In this document: positions 1 through 11,114 of the stretch, one piece after another
Layout of the letters: each line of letters starts with the position of its first letter
How positions within the stretch are numbered: the first letter of the stretch is position 1
Assembly (NCBI RefSeq): GCF_963921235.1
Contig: NC_086108.1
Location: forward strand, 30,630,001-30,690,000
Reading direction: 5' to 3'
DNA: 60,000 nucleotides
Source of the DNA: Mobula hypostoma
Taxonomy: Eukaryota
The notes under the pieces: model-generated
Database searches by the model: none
Told to the model about the DNA's origin: nothing
The model's input: only the letters and a program-made list of their open reading frames with translations
Made by a program: the position numbers and the translations under genes

Positions 1-344
1 AACGACATTATTGAACGTGTCCGATATAAGCTGTTGGTCTAGCCCAGTTTTGTTTTTTTTTTCTTGGGGTTTTTTTTCTCTTTTTCTTTTGGGGTTTCTT
101 TTTGTTTATATATTTTTTTTCTTTTTATTTCTTTTTTAATGTTTAATCTCATTATGAGTTTGGAAGTCTTTTATATCTATGTTACTTAAAATTCATTTTA
201 TATATGCTGAAAAATCAAGCAGAAAATTAAGATGTTCCACAAATATGTGAAGGGAAAGGGGACGAGCAAGGAAAGCATGTGTCTGATTGGAGGTCAAATG
301 GACAGCCAGTGTGAAGGCAGTAGTTGTACGTGAAGTAATAGAGC

Positions 345-750
345 CATCGAGCACCACAGCACAAAAAGAGGCTGTTCATCCCATCTAGTCCATGCTGCCC
401 CGATTTTCTGCCTAGTTCCATCTACCTGCACCTGGACCAATGTCCTCCACACCTCTCTCATCCGTGTACTTATCCAAGCTTGTCTTACATGTTATATTTG
501 AAGTTGCAGCTGCCATTTCCATACGCAGCTCATTCCACACTCGCACTACCTTCTGAGTGAAGTAGTTTCTCGGTAAATATTTCATCTTTCATCCTAAACT
601 TTTGGCCTCTAGCTCTAGTCTCATCTAGTCTGAGGGAAAAAAAAGCTTGTAGGAATTCACCCTATCTAAGTATGCCTCTATTAAATCTTCCCTCAATTTC
701 CTGTGCTCCGGTGAATAAAGTCCTAACCTGTTCAACCTACTCCTGTAAGT
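345..750 (-). mobile_element. Degraded CR1 LINE 3' fragment
   Basis: Reverse complement resembles the ORF2 C-terminus and 3'UTR of the younger CR1 copies in this window; boundaries approximate. Confidence 0.55.
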
Positions 751-764
751 TCTGAATGAAACCT

Positions 765-1750
765 TTGTATCAGTCTTCCCAGAAGAAGCAGATTAAATAG
801 ACAGATACATTTTGACCAATCAATATGAAGTAATGAAAGTATTGAATAAACAGGAAGAGCTTTGGCAGCAGGTGTGGCATATAAGGATTTAAAGTTGGAG
901 GAAGGAATTAACTCTTAGAGATTAGTATTAAGCAAATCATTGAAAAGATTTGTGAAGGTAGTCATAATCTAGAATTAACAATGAGAATTTAGCAAGGATA
1001 AACAACGTGGATTCAGTAAGGGAGATTTTATCTGACTACTTATATGATTTTCTTCAGGTAAAGTGTGATAGCAATGAGGGTGGGGCATTTGATGTAAGGC
1101 AACATGGTAGATTGATGAAGCTAGTAATTGTCTATAGAATCTATAGGAAAGTATCAAGTGGAATAAACTTGTCTCAGTGGCAAGAAGCAAGGGTTAATGA
1201 TTATCAGAGTCTTTAGTGACTGGAGACCTTAATACAGCGGAGTTCCATGAGGATCTTTATTTTTTATGGTAGATATAAATGATTTGGACTTTAATGTTAG
1301 CAACAATATTGAGAAACATGCTGGTGACATCAAACAGGAAGGTTGATGGTTGAGAAAGAAGTTTCTGCATCACTGAAAGTTATCAATTGGAAGATGTTGA
1401 AAGTGGCAATTGGTATCGAGTCCCAAGAATGGTGAAATAGTAAATTGGGAAGGGCAAACAAGTGAAGAGAATACACAATAAATGGTAGGTTGTTAAGAAT
1501 AGAGGAACAGAGAGACTTGATCCCTCATCCAGTAATCCCCTAAGGTAGCAAGACTGCTGGATAAATTGTTAATTGTACAAGATACCTGGCTTTATTGGTT
1601 GAAGCATACAAGTAAGAGGAGTGAGACTATGCAAAAACTTTATAAATTAACAATCAAGCCACATTTTGACTGCTGTGTATAAACTTTTTCACCTTATCAT
1701 AGGAAGGATGTGACAACATGAGAGGGTTTGCGGAGATACTGCCAGGGTAG
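765..1750 (+). mobile_element. Highly degraded CR1 LINE RT fragment
   Basis: Remnants of QHGF, GVP(Q)GS, INDLD and (F)AGD motifs with many stops and indels. Confidence 0.55.
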
Positions 1751-1774
1751 TGTCATTGAAATTGATCTTCACTT

Positions 1775-2254
1775 CTGCCGTCAGTACTGATGAAGGGTCT
1801 TGGCCTGAAACATTGACTGTACTCCTTTCCATAGATGCTTCGTGGCCTGCTGAGTTCCTCCTGCATTTTCAGTGTGTTGCATGTCTTCTGCCATGATGAG
1901 GCCACACTAAGGGTGGAGGAGCAGCACTTCATATTCCTCTGAGGTAGCCTCCAACCTGATTGCATGAACATCGATCTCTCCTGGTGAACTTTTTTTTTCT
2001 TTTTTTCTATTTCCCTCCACCGTCCCTCTTCTTCTATTCCCCAATATGGCCTCTTATCTCTTCTCTTTACCTGCCTTTCATCTCTGTCTGGTACCCCTCC
2101 TCCTTCCCTCTCTCCCATAGTGTACACTCCTCTTCTATAAGATTCCTTCTTCTTTGGCTCTTTACCTTTCCCACCAAACTGGTTTCACCTGTCACCTTGT
2201 AGCTTGTCCTTCTTCTTCTCCTCTCCCCTCCTTTTTATTCTGACATCTTGCCCC
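1775..2254 (+). mobile_element. Penelope-like element 3' part (GIY-YIG C-terminus and pseudo-LTR), split by the LTR element
   Basis: Encodes ...EATLRVEEQHFIFL*GSLQPDCMNID, typical of a PLE endonuclease C-terminus; preceded by CTGATGAAGGGTC..GAAAC motif; resumes at 12494. Confidence 0.7.
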
Positions 2255-2940
2255 TGTAACCCCCTTGGCCACCCTTAGGGTCGCTCGGCTCGCTGTTGTC
2301 TAGGGAAACAGCCCTCGGCCCCGCCAAACTGGGTAACTAGTTTGTGTGGATGCTATGTGATGTACCCCACCCCACCCAAATAACAGACAATACACCAGAT
2401 ACGATTAAATGATTTACAGTTTATAGATATTACTGGAACTACATAATTAATAGAGAATAAAATATAAAAGGGAAATAAAAGGCACCACACTTATCAAAGT
2501 TCAATCTCTTCATGCACAAACAGTTGGAGCTCGGGACCCTTCTTCTTCACCTTGCAACCCCTCGGACCACCTCGACTGTCTGTCTGGGACCAACAACGAT
2601 GGTCGACCAGACGCTCCACACAAGTCCGTCTCCATCTCTCCTCCTCGTTCGGGGTCCGACCCCATTAGCGGACTCACAGCACCTGGTCCATTCTCTGTCT
2701 CTCTCTCTCCCGCCTTCTCCCCAAAACCCCGCGCATACAATATCTTACAGATACACCAAAAACATAACCAGCGCAATTGGTTCGTAACATCTTCTCATCA
2801 GTAATGTGATTCAACAAACTGCTAGCGGGAAGGACTTTCTCAGCGTTTAACATAACAAAGAAGCATTCCCAAGTATAACATAACAAAGAAGCCATTTTAA
2901 TTAGCCTACACAGTAACATAAGAGACGAAACCCCGTTACA
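2255..2940 (-). repeat. 3' LTR
   Basis: TGTAAC...GTTACA; aligns end to end with 11796-12493 at roughly 90% identity by eye. Confidence 0.95.
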
Positions 2941-2953
2941 CTCTCCCCCCACC
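2941..2953 (-). promoter_or_regulatory. Polypurine tract
   Basis: Minus strand reads GGTGGGGGGAGAG directly before the 3' LTR. Confidence 0.85.
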
Positions 2954-3208
2954 AAATAAAGTCATGCCCTCAGGACTTCTAAATAACTCGCCGACCAGTC
3001 CTGCAGACACACAACACACAGATACACAGGTACACACAGTGGCAGTGTTCCCCAAACAGTGGACCTTACGCCCGTCCCATGGGCACTACATAGGCCAACC
3101 TATCTGGGAGCTTCTTAACCCTCCGAGACCTCTGTACCCCCTCACCTAAACCCAAAAGGTTCAGACACTACTAGGGATACCTTGGGCCTGCTTGCCAACT
3201 GCTCTTTC

Positions 3209-3436
3209 TCAGGCCACCATTACAGCTCGAAGCCCCCTGTCCTGTATCCGGGGCCCCGCTGCTTTTCCTTCCTGATCCTGCCGTAACTCAGACTGCCCAC
3301 AGCTAGCCCTCCCCACGACACCTGACTCAGTGGGAGAAGGGCCAAAGGTCTCTTCCTCAATCACGGGGAAGTTAGCGAAAGGCAGCATGTACCACATGTG
3401 CAGCACATCATCCTTCAAATCCGTATTCATCCTCAT
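3209..3436 (-). pseudogene. Probable Gypsy pol C-terminal (post-integrase) tail
   Basis: [32 protein letters not shown]... is not myosin-like and lies just upstream of the PPT; assignment by position and recalled similarity. Confidence 0.5.
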
Positions 3437-3439
3437 TCC

Positions 3440-4265
3440 CTCGATCGGTAGCCGCTGTTTAAGATTCTCCAAACTGAAACATTTAGCCAGGGCTACCCCT
3501 ACAGCCTCATGCAGTCGAGACGTCAGTTTCTTCAGGGACTCCTTCAACTCTCGCCACAGCCTCAGCAATTCTGAATCAGGGTTCTTGGCCATCTCCATCT
3601 GGGACACAGTTACCCCACCAGCTTCTTCCACCCTGACCTGAAAAGCAGCAGTTAAAGGATGGTCAGCCTCCAGATTTTTTTTTCCTGATGATGTCTTCCA
3701 GGTCAACTTTCAGTTTTTCTACTTCATTTAAACTCGCAATAGTCATCTTCAGGTTCCTTTCAAGCATTCGCCTCCCTTTTCCGAGATCTGTCCTCCATTT
3801 CTTCATCTCCTCGGGAGTGTAGTCAAACTCCCCTCCCTGGGCTCCCGGTTTTCTGTTGGCTGTAGTCAGAACACTTCCTTGATCTTCCCCAACTTGTAAG
3901 TCTTCCAAACTTTTCTGAATCGACGTCATGAGTTTCTGCTGATCCCTTTGAAGGTGGGTCATTGTTTCTTCTCGCTGGATTAATTCATCAGTACATGACC
4001 GCAGTGTCGGCTCAGAATTCCATTGCTCCTTCTCCACGTTGACGAGCGTGAATTCCAAGTCTGCAATTGTCGTCCCACAAGCACGGCACTCAGTCTCTGG
4101 CCAGCATTTCTGAGCACTCAGTTCAGCGGTGCAAATCCCCTCTCTCCCCTGTGTCTCATTCAGATTGACGACCTGGGTTTCTATCCCCAGGTCCACCACC
4201 GTCTGTTCCAACACCGGGAAGTTCAACTGGTATGTCGGGTCATTTTTCTCACATTGCACCAAACT
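3440..4265 (-). pseudogene. Captured, intronless, internally deleted sarcomeric myosin heavy-chain rod fragment (MYH16-like) inside the LTR element
   Basis: Colinear motifs [107 protein letters not shown] match the class-II myosin S2/LMM order (QEKND; AELTAKK..EDEC; IDDLELTLAKVEKE; LDDLQAEED; RLEEAGG; KKLAQRLQEA..AKCSSLEKTK.RL). Confidence 0.88.
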
Positions 4266-4289
4266 CCTCTGGCCAAAAACTCCTCCATA

Positions 4290-4639
4290 TTTGAGACTTC
4301 ACTTCGGTCGCCCGGGCTCAGCCACTCGCCTCGTCTCATAGTCCCCCCAAGCTCTAGGTGGTCATCCACTTACACCAAAACTCCACACACCTTCACTTCC
4401 CCCATGGTCTTCCTTGTGCCCCGCGGGAAGGATGCAGGGGCTCCAGATATGCCCTTGGGCATCTTTTCAGATCGGAAGAATCCTAGGGAACTAATAACGG
4501 CCGTTGTCGGCTCGACAGCCACACTCCTCGGGATCTGGCAACATCCACCCCTCAGATCCAGCACATTAAACCATGTCGCATAATCCGCACACACGCTGCC
4601 TCCATCTTCAACGGCACCAGGGTCCAGTTGCCGTGACCT
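4290..4639 (-). pseudogene. Gypsy reverse transcriptase remnant (internally deleted)
   Basis: [47 protein letters not shown] matches Gypsy RT WFSVLDLRSGYYQIP..TAFICPLGFFQFERMPQGISGAPATF..YLDD. Confidence 0.9.
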
Positions 4640-5005
4640 TTTATGGCGGCTGGCAATCACCTTTAAGGTGCATTACCTCCACCTTCTGGGTCAGGATATC
4701 TAATTCTATATATTTATATTTGTATCAAATTCTATAAAAAAATACCTGTATTCTTAAGGAACTGCACTATATATTTAAAGAAATAATCCTGTGAAACCTT
4801 CTGCCAAATGTTAATGTTAAATCGTATTTTATTCTGCGATAACTTCAAAATCAACCACCCCGTCTCTTGATTATATCTTGTGCATCTCACCAGTGCATGC
4901 TCAATGTTTCTTGTTGATTATAATAGTCACACCTCCCGTTATTGTGTTTCTTCATTAAAACAATGTACTCTTTAACCCTCTGTGCCCAAACCTCAGTCTC
5001 TTGAT
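4640..5005 (-). mobile_element. I-group (Nimb-like) LINE 3' end
   Basis: RLRFGHRGLKSTLF..CDY..ET.EHAL.RC..QFLKNTGIFYRI* followed by GGTGGAGGTAATGCACC..GCCAGCCGCCATAAAA 3' terminus. Confidence 0.6.
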
Positions 5006-5009
5006 GCTG

Positions 5010-5900
5010 TTCCCTGTGAACCTCTTGAGATTGATGCATGGTGAATATTTTGTCCACTCTCTGTCTCTTCAGGATAGACAGAATCCAGACTATGAATCAG
5101 AGGCCACTGGGTGGAAGTGGTTGAGGAGAACCTTGGTGATTACATTCTCTGTGGAGGACAGCAGTTAACTTTGTCTCTGTTCTTGAAAATATCATGTCCT
5201 TAAGATTCCCAGAATCAGGAGAAAAGCTGAGAATTTATATAGTACCTAAAGTTGCTCCCTATGAAGTTTCATGCTGTCACCAGGAATACCCATCCTCTCC
5301 CGAGACAGTTTTTGTTTCTCCTTTCGGGTAGATGTGGCTGTGAAACTGGAATAGATTATTTACCATGCGATAAATTCAAGGACACTCATGTCAAGTACAA
5401 AGTCACAGCTGAGGTGTGCTTGGAAGTATTCCTTTCCTTTCAGCAGATGCCAACTGCCTCTCTGTAAGTTCACCTCCATTCTAAGAAGTGAGTGGGGTAA
5501 GGTCTTGACTGTTTGGGCCATAGTTGGCCTTGACTGTGCTAAAGAATCAACGCATGTCAGACCATTGCTGGGCCTCCTGAACTCTTTCTGCCTACCATCT
5601 GTTCTTTAGGTCATAGGTTTTCTGTTGTACCTGAGCCATCAGGTACCTGTGGAGCTGTTTCTAGTCCCTCGAGGCTCACTGGAGTTTCTAATGGAAGAAC
5701 GCCTGTGTTTGCTGTCAATTAGTTCCAGATCTCCAGGTCATTGGCCACAAACCCGTCCTGGTGTTCTCTGGTAGAATTTCTCCTTGCCAGGGTATTTGCA
5801 AACTTTTGAGTATCCTGCACAATAAAGGCATACTGTATGTGCTGATGATGGTAGTATGTTGATTCCTTGATGGGGTGAGCTAGATGGTCACAAGATATTT
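5010..5900 (-). mobile_element. Old degraded RTE-clade LINE fragment
   Basis: Remnants such as ..SRNQHTTIISTY.. and QVQQKTYDLKNRW..FFSTVKANYGP with many disruptions. Confidence 0.6.
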
Positions 5901-6131
5901 ATTTATCTAATTCAAGTAGTTGCTTATTCTCGATGGCAAAACTTATCCTAAGAAGATTATATTGCTCTTCTAGAGGAGGTGGTGCTTCTTATCTTGTCTT
6001 TTTTTACTTAGCTGTCTCTTACTCATCATATCTTGTACAGGTTGATGATGGCAAAGAAAAAATGAGTAATTGAAACAAATCTAGTATTCATGTATACACT
6101 GCAGGCATATTCTTTATCAACACATATACAA

Positions 6132-6520
6132 TACTGCCCGTTACACTGCTGGCGTTTCGGGCAGTAATGAACGTCCTCCATCTCTGGCGGTGTTCGGGGC
6201 TTCCTTCACCACGTCAGTAGTTTCCTGTCTGTTTTCACAACTGTCAGCCATGCAAGTGCTGGGTGGAGACTTCCGAACACCATCGCACTTAGATGTAGAA
6301 GGATTCTTCATTGCTATTTCCATAACAGTTTTGTTAGCCCTGTGCTGAACCCCCAACCCTGACGGATCAGTGGACCACTGGCTTCTGCCCTTTGACCTGT
6401 TTGGCCGACCCTACCAAGAGCCAAAAGGTAAAGCCCTGACTCCAGCCCACATACTGTGGCTCTCTGGCTCATTGAGGCCTGTAAGCCTCTGAGCCACAAC
6501 AAGGTTGTTCTCCTGTTGGA
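6132..6520 (-). mobile_element. Short non-autonomous retroelement (RTE-related ends)
   Basis: GC-richer block; minus strand ends ...CCAGCAGTGTAACGGGCAGTA, resembling RTE-type 3' termini. Confidence 0.45.
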
Positions 6521-7084
6521 GATTAGCAGCCCACTCATCTTTAAAATTTAGAGCTGGTAGCAGGCCACATGATCACAATGACAACGTACAAATTCCACAC
6601 ATATGCTGCTCCAGCACCAGAGATCATGATGGAACTTGGGTCTTTGGAACTTCATGGTTACAGCTCTTCTAGCTCTGCCTCTACCACCTCTGTATCAAAG
6701 TTCAGATCTGAACAAAGTTCCCAAGCTATGATAGTGGAACGGAATTCCGAGGAGAAGTTGTCTGTGTATAATTTCTTTAAATATGAGGTAGTTATTGCAC
6801 ATTGGTTGCCACATAAATTTGACTGAGTTACGTCTTGAGCTAGTGGAAAATGTTTATAAGATAGTGGAGAGTAGGCTCTGCTGCACGAACATGTCACCTG
6901 CCAGCACACAGATACTGAAACCTACACACGCACTGTGCACATACCCTACACAAAGATCGTTCAAAGTTCAAAGATCAAGCTGAATTGTCATTCAACCATG
7001 CATGAATACCCATGTGTACAGCCAAACTAGTACTCACATAGACATACAGGCACACACGCACACACACACACTCTCATACACATA

Positions 7085-7912
7085 AGCACATCACTGGAAA
7101 ACCCTCCCATTGAGCGCATTTACACGAATCTTACATATCATAAGAAAGCAGCATTTATCATCAGATATCCCCACCCACCAGGTCATGGTCTTCTCATTGC
7201 TGCCATCAGGTGGAATGTACAAGAGTCTCAGAACTCGCACTTCCAGGATTAAGAACAGTGACTACCCCTCAACCATCAGGCTCTTGAATAAAAGAGGATA
7301 ACTACACTCACTTGCCCCATCATTGAAATGTTTCTACAACCAATGATCTCACTTTAAGGACTCTTTTTTTTTCTTGTTATCTCATGTTCTTGTTATTTAT
7401 TACTACTTACTTTTATTTCCATTTGCAAAGTTTGTTGTCTTCTGCACTCTAGTTGATCTTTCATTGCTCCTGTTATGGTTGCCATTTTATAGATTTGTTG
7501 AGTATGCCCAAAAGAAAATTAATCTCAGGGATGCGTATGGTGACATATATGTACCAGATCCCCAGCTATGGATAAGTAGCCCCGTTGCCTTGTGGGCAGC
7601 CTTGGGAGAGATGAAGGCTACAAGAGTAAACCGAAACAGCACGTCTGGAGTGGAATCCCTAAAGGGGCCGGACGTCATTGAACATCCTTCTGGTAGCTCC
7701 TGTAGTCAAACATATTGCTTCATAAGCTTTCCTTTGGACTCCACTGGTGAGGCTGAGAGGGGGATCTTGTCAACTGGGCATCTCAGGATCTCCATACCTT
7801 CCCCCAGGTTTGTGGTGATGTTGGTCAGCACCCATTGTCCTTCGAGACAGATGGATGCTCACCACCACCACCATTTTGATAATAAAATTTACTTTGAACT
7901 TTTGAACTTTGA
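7085..7912 (+). mobile_element. Rex1/Babar LINE 3' end, interrupted by a short insertion
   Basis: FSLLPSGGMYKSLRTRTSRIKNSDYPSTIRLLN C-terminus; AATAAA..(TTTGAAC)n tail. Confidence 0.8.
7555..7873 (+). mobile_element. SINE-like non-autonomous insertion with (CAC)n tail
   Basis: Interrupts the Rex1 3'UTR between GTAC and TTTGATAATAAA; ends CACCACCACCACCAT. Confidence 0.55.
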
Positions 7913-8196
7913 ACACACATATGCATGCATCCTCAAACCCTGTCATTTCCTTCTCTTACACCCTGTTCTTTGTCCACTTGTCCCTCTCCTTCCTCTCTCC
8001 ACTGAGCATGCTCCACCACTGTTTCCTTTGGCACTCTGTTCTCTTCTCCCCTCACATACAGTATCTCCATGACTAAGCCTTTGGATTCCGTTCTCCAAAG
8101 TCTGGTCTGTAGTCTTGTATTAACTTCTGTTTGGTAATACTAGATGCTAAATACATACAAGTTGCATATCTCTCTAAATTATGGAATAATTTGTAC

Positions 8197-8585
8197 TTAT
8201 TAAGGGATTGGTTAATAAGATTAATAAGATTATTAAGGGATTGGACACACTAGAGACAGAAAACATGTTCCCGATGTTGGGGGAGTCCAGAACCAGAGGC
8301 CACAATTTGAGAATAAGGGGTAGGCCATTTAGAACGGAGTTGAGGAAAAGCTTTTTCACCCAGAGAGTTGTGGATCTGTGGAATGCTCTGCCTCAGAAGG
8401 CAGTGGAGGCCAATTCTCTGGACGCTTTCAAGAGAGAGTTAGATAGAGCTCTTAAAGATAGTGGAGTCAAGGGATTTGGGGAGAAGGCAGGAACGGGGTA
8501 CTGATTGTGGATGATCAGCCATGATCGCAGAATGGCGGTGCTGGCTCAAAGGGCCGAATGGCCTACTCCTGCACCTATTGTCTAT
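8197..8585 (+). mobile_element. 5'-truncated CR1 3' end
   Basis: KIIKGLD..FPMLGESRTRGHNLRI..FFTQRVVDLWNALP; CR1 3'UTR ending CACCTATTGTCTAT. Confidence 0.92.
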
Positions 8586-8591
8586 TGACCT

Positions 8592-9030
8592 CTCTCTCAC
8601 TGAGGTGTCTTCAGCGGTCAACTCCCCTCCTTCATGGTAGTTAAGAGCATCTACTAAGAGGGTCTCACCCTCAGCTACTTTCCCCAAGCCATACCACCGC
8701 TGGGTCTCGTTTAAATTCGGTACTGGCTCAAGGCTACTACACACGTCCTCAGAAGCAACTCGACACGCTGGGTGCCCAGACAATGCCCCCATGAACTTCA
8801 GGATCATTAACCAATCATCGTCTTCTGGATAACTACTGGAACTGGTACCCAAAATCTCCGGTGTCCTTGCGGTTGTCAAGGGTAAATGCTTCAGACACCG
8901 GTTGTAAAACAAACTGTACAACAACTTGACCTGCTCCCCGGGGTCGAGGATGGCTTTAGCATCACTTCCTTCTATCCATAATAACACCCTGGGGCGTGGT
9001 CTATCTAAGCCTTCAGGAATAGAGTCTTTT
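8592..9030 (-). pseudogene. Gypsy aspartic protease remnant and linker
   Basis: [48 protein letters not shown]; the expected LDTG active site reads LDPG. Confidence 0.8.
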
Positions 9031-11113
9031 CATAGAAACGTAGAAACATAGAAAATAGGTGCAGGAGTAGGCCATTCGGCCCTTCGAGCCTGCACCGCCA
9101 TTTATTATGATCATGGCTGATCATCCAACTCAGAACCCAGCCTTCCCTCCATACCCCCTGACCCCTGTAGCCACAAGGGCCATATCTAACTTCCTTTTAA
9201 ACATAGCTAATGAACTGGCCTCAACAGTTTGCTGTGGCAGAGAATTCCACAGATTCACCACTCTCTGTGTGAAGAAGTTTTTCCTAATCTCGGTCCTAAA
9301 AGGCTTCCCCTCTATCCTCAAACTGTGACCCCTCGTTCTGGACCTCCCCAACATCGGGAACAATCTTCCCGCATCTAGCCTGTCCAATCCCTTTAGGATC
9401 TTATACGTTTCAATCAGATCCCCCCTCAATCTTCTAAATTCCAACAAGTACAAGCCCAGTTCATCCAGTCTTTCTTCATATGAAAGACCTGCCATCCCAG
9501 GAATCAATCTGGTGAACCTTCTATGTACTCCCTCTATGGCAAAGATGTCTTTCCTCAGATTAGGGGACCAAAACTGCACACAATACTCCAGGTGTGGTCT
9601 CACCAAGGCCTTGTACAACTGCAGTAGTACCTCCCTGCTCCTGTACTCGAATCCTCTCGCTATAAATGCCAGCATACCGTTCGCCTTTTTCACCGCCTGC
9701 TGTACCTGCATGCCCACTTTCAATGACTGGTGTATAATGACACCCAGGTCTCGTTGCACCTCCCCTTTTCCTAATCGGCCACCATTCAGATAATAATCTG
9801 TTTTCCTATTTTTGCCACCAAAGTGGATAACTTCACATTTATCCACATTAAATTGCATCTGCCATGAGTTTGCCCACTCACCCAACCTATCCAAGTCACC
9901 CTGCATCCTCTTAGCATCCTCCTCACTGCTAACACTGCCACCCAGCTTCGTGTCATCCGCAAACTTGGAGATGCTGCATTTAATTCCCTCATCCAAGTCA
10001 TTAATATATATTGTAAACAACTGGGGTCCCAGCACTGAGCCTTGCGGTACCCCACTGGTCACCGCCTGCCATTCTGAAAAGGTCCCGTTTATTCCCACTC
10101 TTTGCTTCCTGTCTGCTAACCAATTCTCCACCCACACCAATACCTTACCCCCAATACCGTGTGCTTTAAGTTTGCACACTAATCTCCTGTGTGGGACCTT
10201 GTCAAAAGCCTTTTGAAAATCCAAATATACCACATCCACTGGTTCTCCCCTATCCACTCTACTAGTTACATCCTCAAAAAATTCTATGAGATTCGTCAGA
10301 CATGATTTTCCTTTCACAAATCCATGCTGACTTTGTCTGATCATTTCACCGCTTTCCAAATGTGCTGTTATCACATCCTTGAAAACTGACTCCAGCAGTT
10401 TCCCCACCACCGACGTTAGGCTAACCGGCCTATAATTCCCCGGTTTCTCTCTCCCTCCTTTTTTAAAAAGTGGGGTTACATTAGCCACCCTCCAATCCTC
10501 AGGAACTAGTCCAGAATCTAACGAGTTTTGAAAAATTATCACTAATGCATCCACTATTTCTTGGGCTACTTCCCTAAGCACTCTGGGATGCAGACCATCT
10601 GGCCCTGGGGATTTATCTGCCTTCAATCCCTTCAATTTACCTAACACCACTTCCCTACTAACATGTATTTCGCTCAGTTCCTCCATCTCACTGGACCCTC
10701 TGTCCCTTACTATTTCTGGAAGATTATTTATGTCCTCCTTAGTGAAGACAGAACCAAAGTAATTATTCAATTGGTCTGCCATGTCCTTGCTCCCCATAAT
10801 CAATTCACCTGTTTCTGTTTGCAGGGGACCTACATTTGTCTTTATCAGTCTTTTCCTTTTTACATATCTATAAAAGCTTTTACAGTCCGTTTTTATGTTC
10901 TCTGCCAGTTTTCTCTCATAATCTTTTTTCCCCTTCCTAACTAAGCTCTTTGTCCTCCTCTGCTGAACTCTGAATTTCTCCCAGTCCTCAGGTGAGCCAC
11001 TTTCTCTGGCTAATTTGTATGCTACTTCTTTGGAATTGATACTATCCCTAATTTCTCCTGTCAGCCACGGGTGCACTACCTTCCTTGATTTATTCTTTTG
11101 CCAAACTGGGATG
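9031..11113 (-). mobile_element. Young 5'-truncated CR1 LINE with open RT frame, inserted between gag and protease
   Basis: SPGPDG, NYRPVSLT, QHGF, YLDFQKAFD, GVPQGS, FADD; (TTTCTATG)n tail; near-identical to 26161-29889. Confidence 0.96.
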
Positions 11114-11114
11114 T

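Larger units (their letters stand above)
4640..8585. other. 3.9-kb composite insertion into the Gypsy pol, flanked by TGACCT direct repeats
   Basis: TGACCT at 4634-4639 and 8586-8591; removing the insert restores in-frame ...[18 protein letters not shown]... Confidence 0.85.

Noticed and set aside
1..215. T-rich tract as a terminator or regulatory element
   Set aside because: Low-complexity sequence cut by the window edge, possibly a LINE 3'UTR; cannot be assigned
3440..4265. env-like or L1 ORF1-like coiled coil as the explanation of the extra ORF
   Set aside because: No signal peptide, furin site or transmembrane segment; several specific, colinear myosin rod motifs fit better
7374..8072. 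232-aa ORF with a His run
   Set aside because: Runs across a Rex1 3'UTR, a SINE-like insert and its (CAC)n tail; no protein signature
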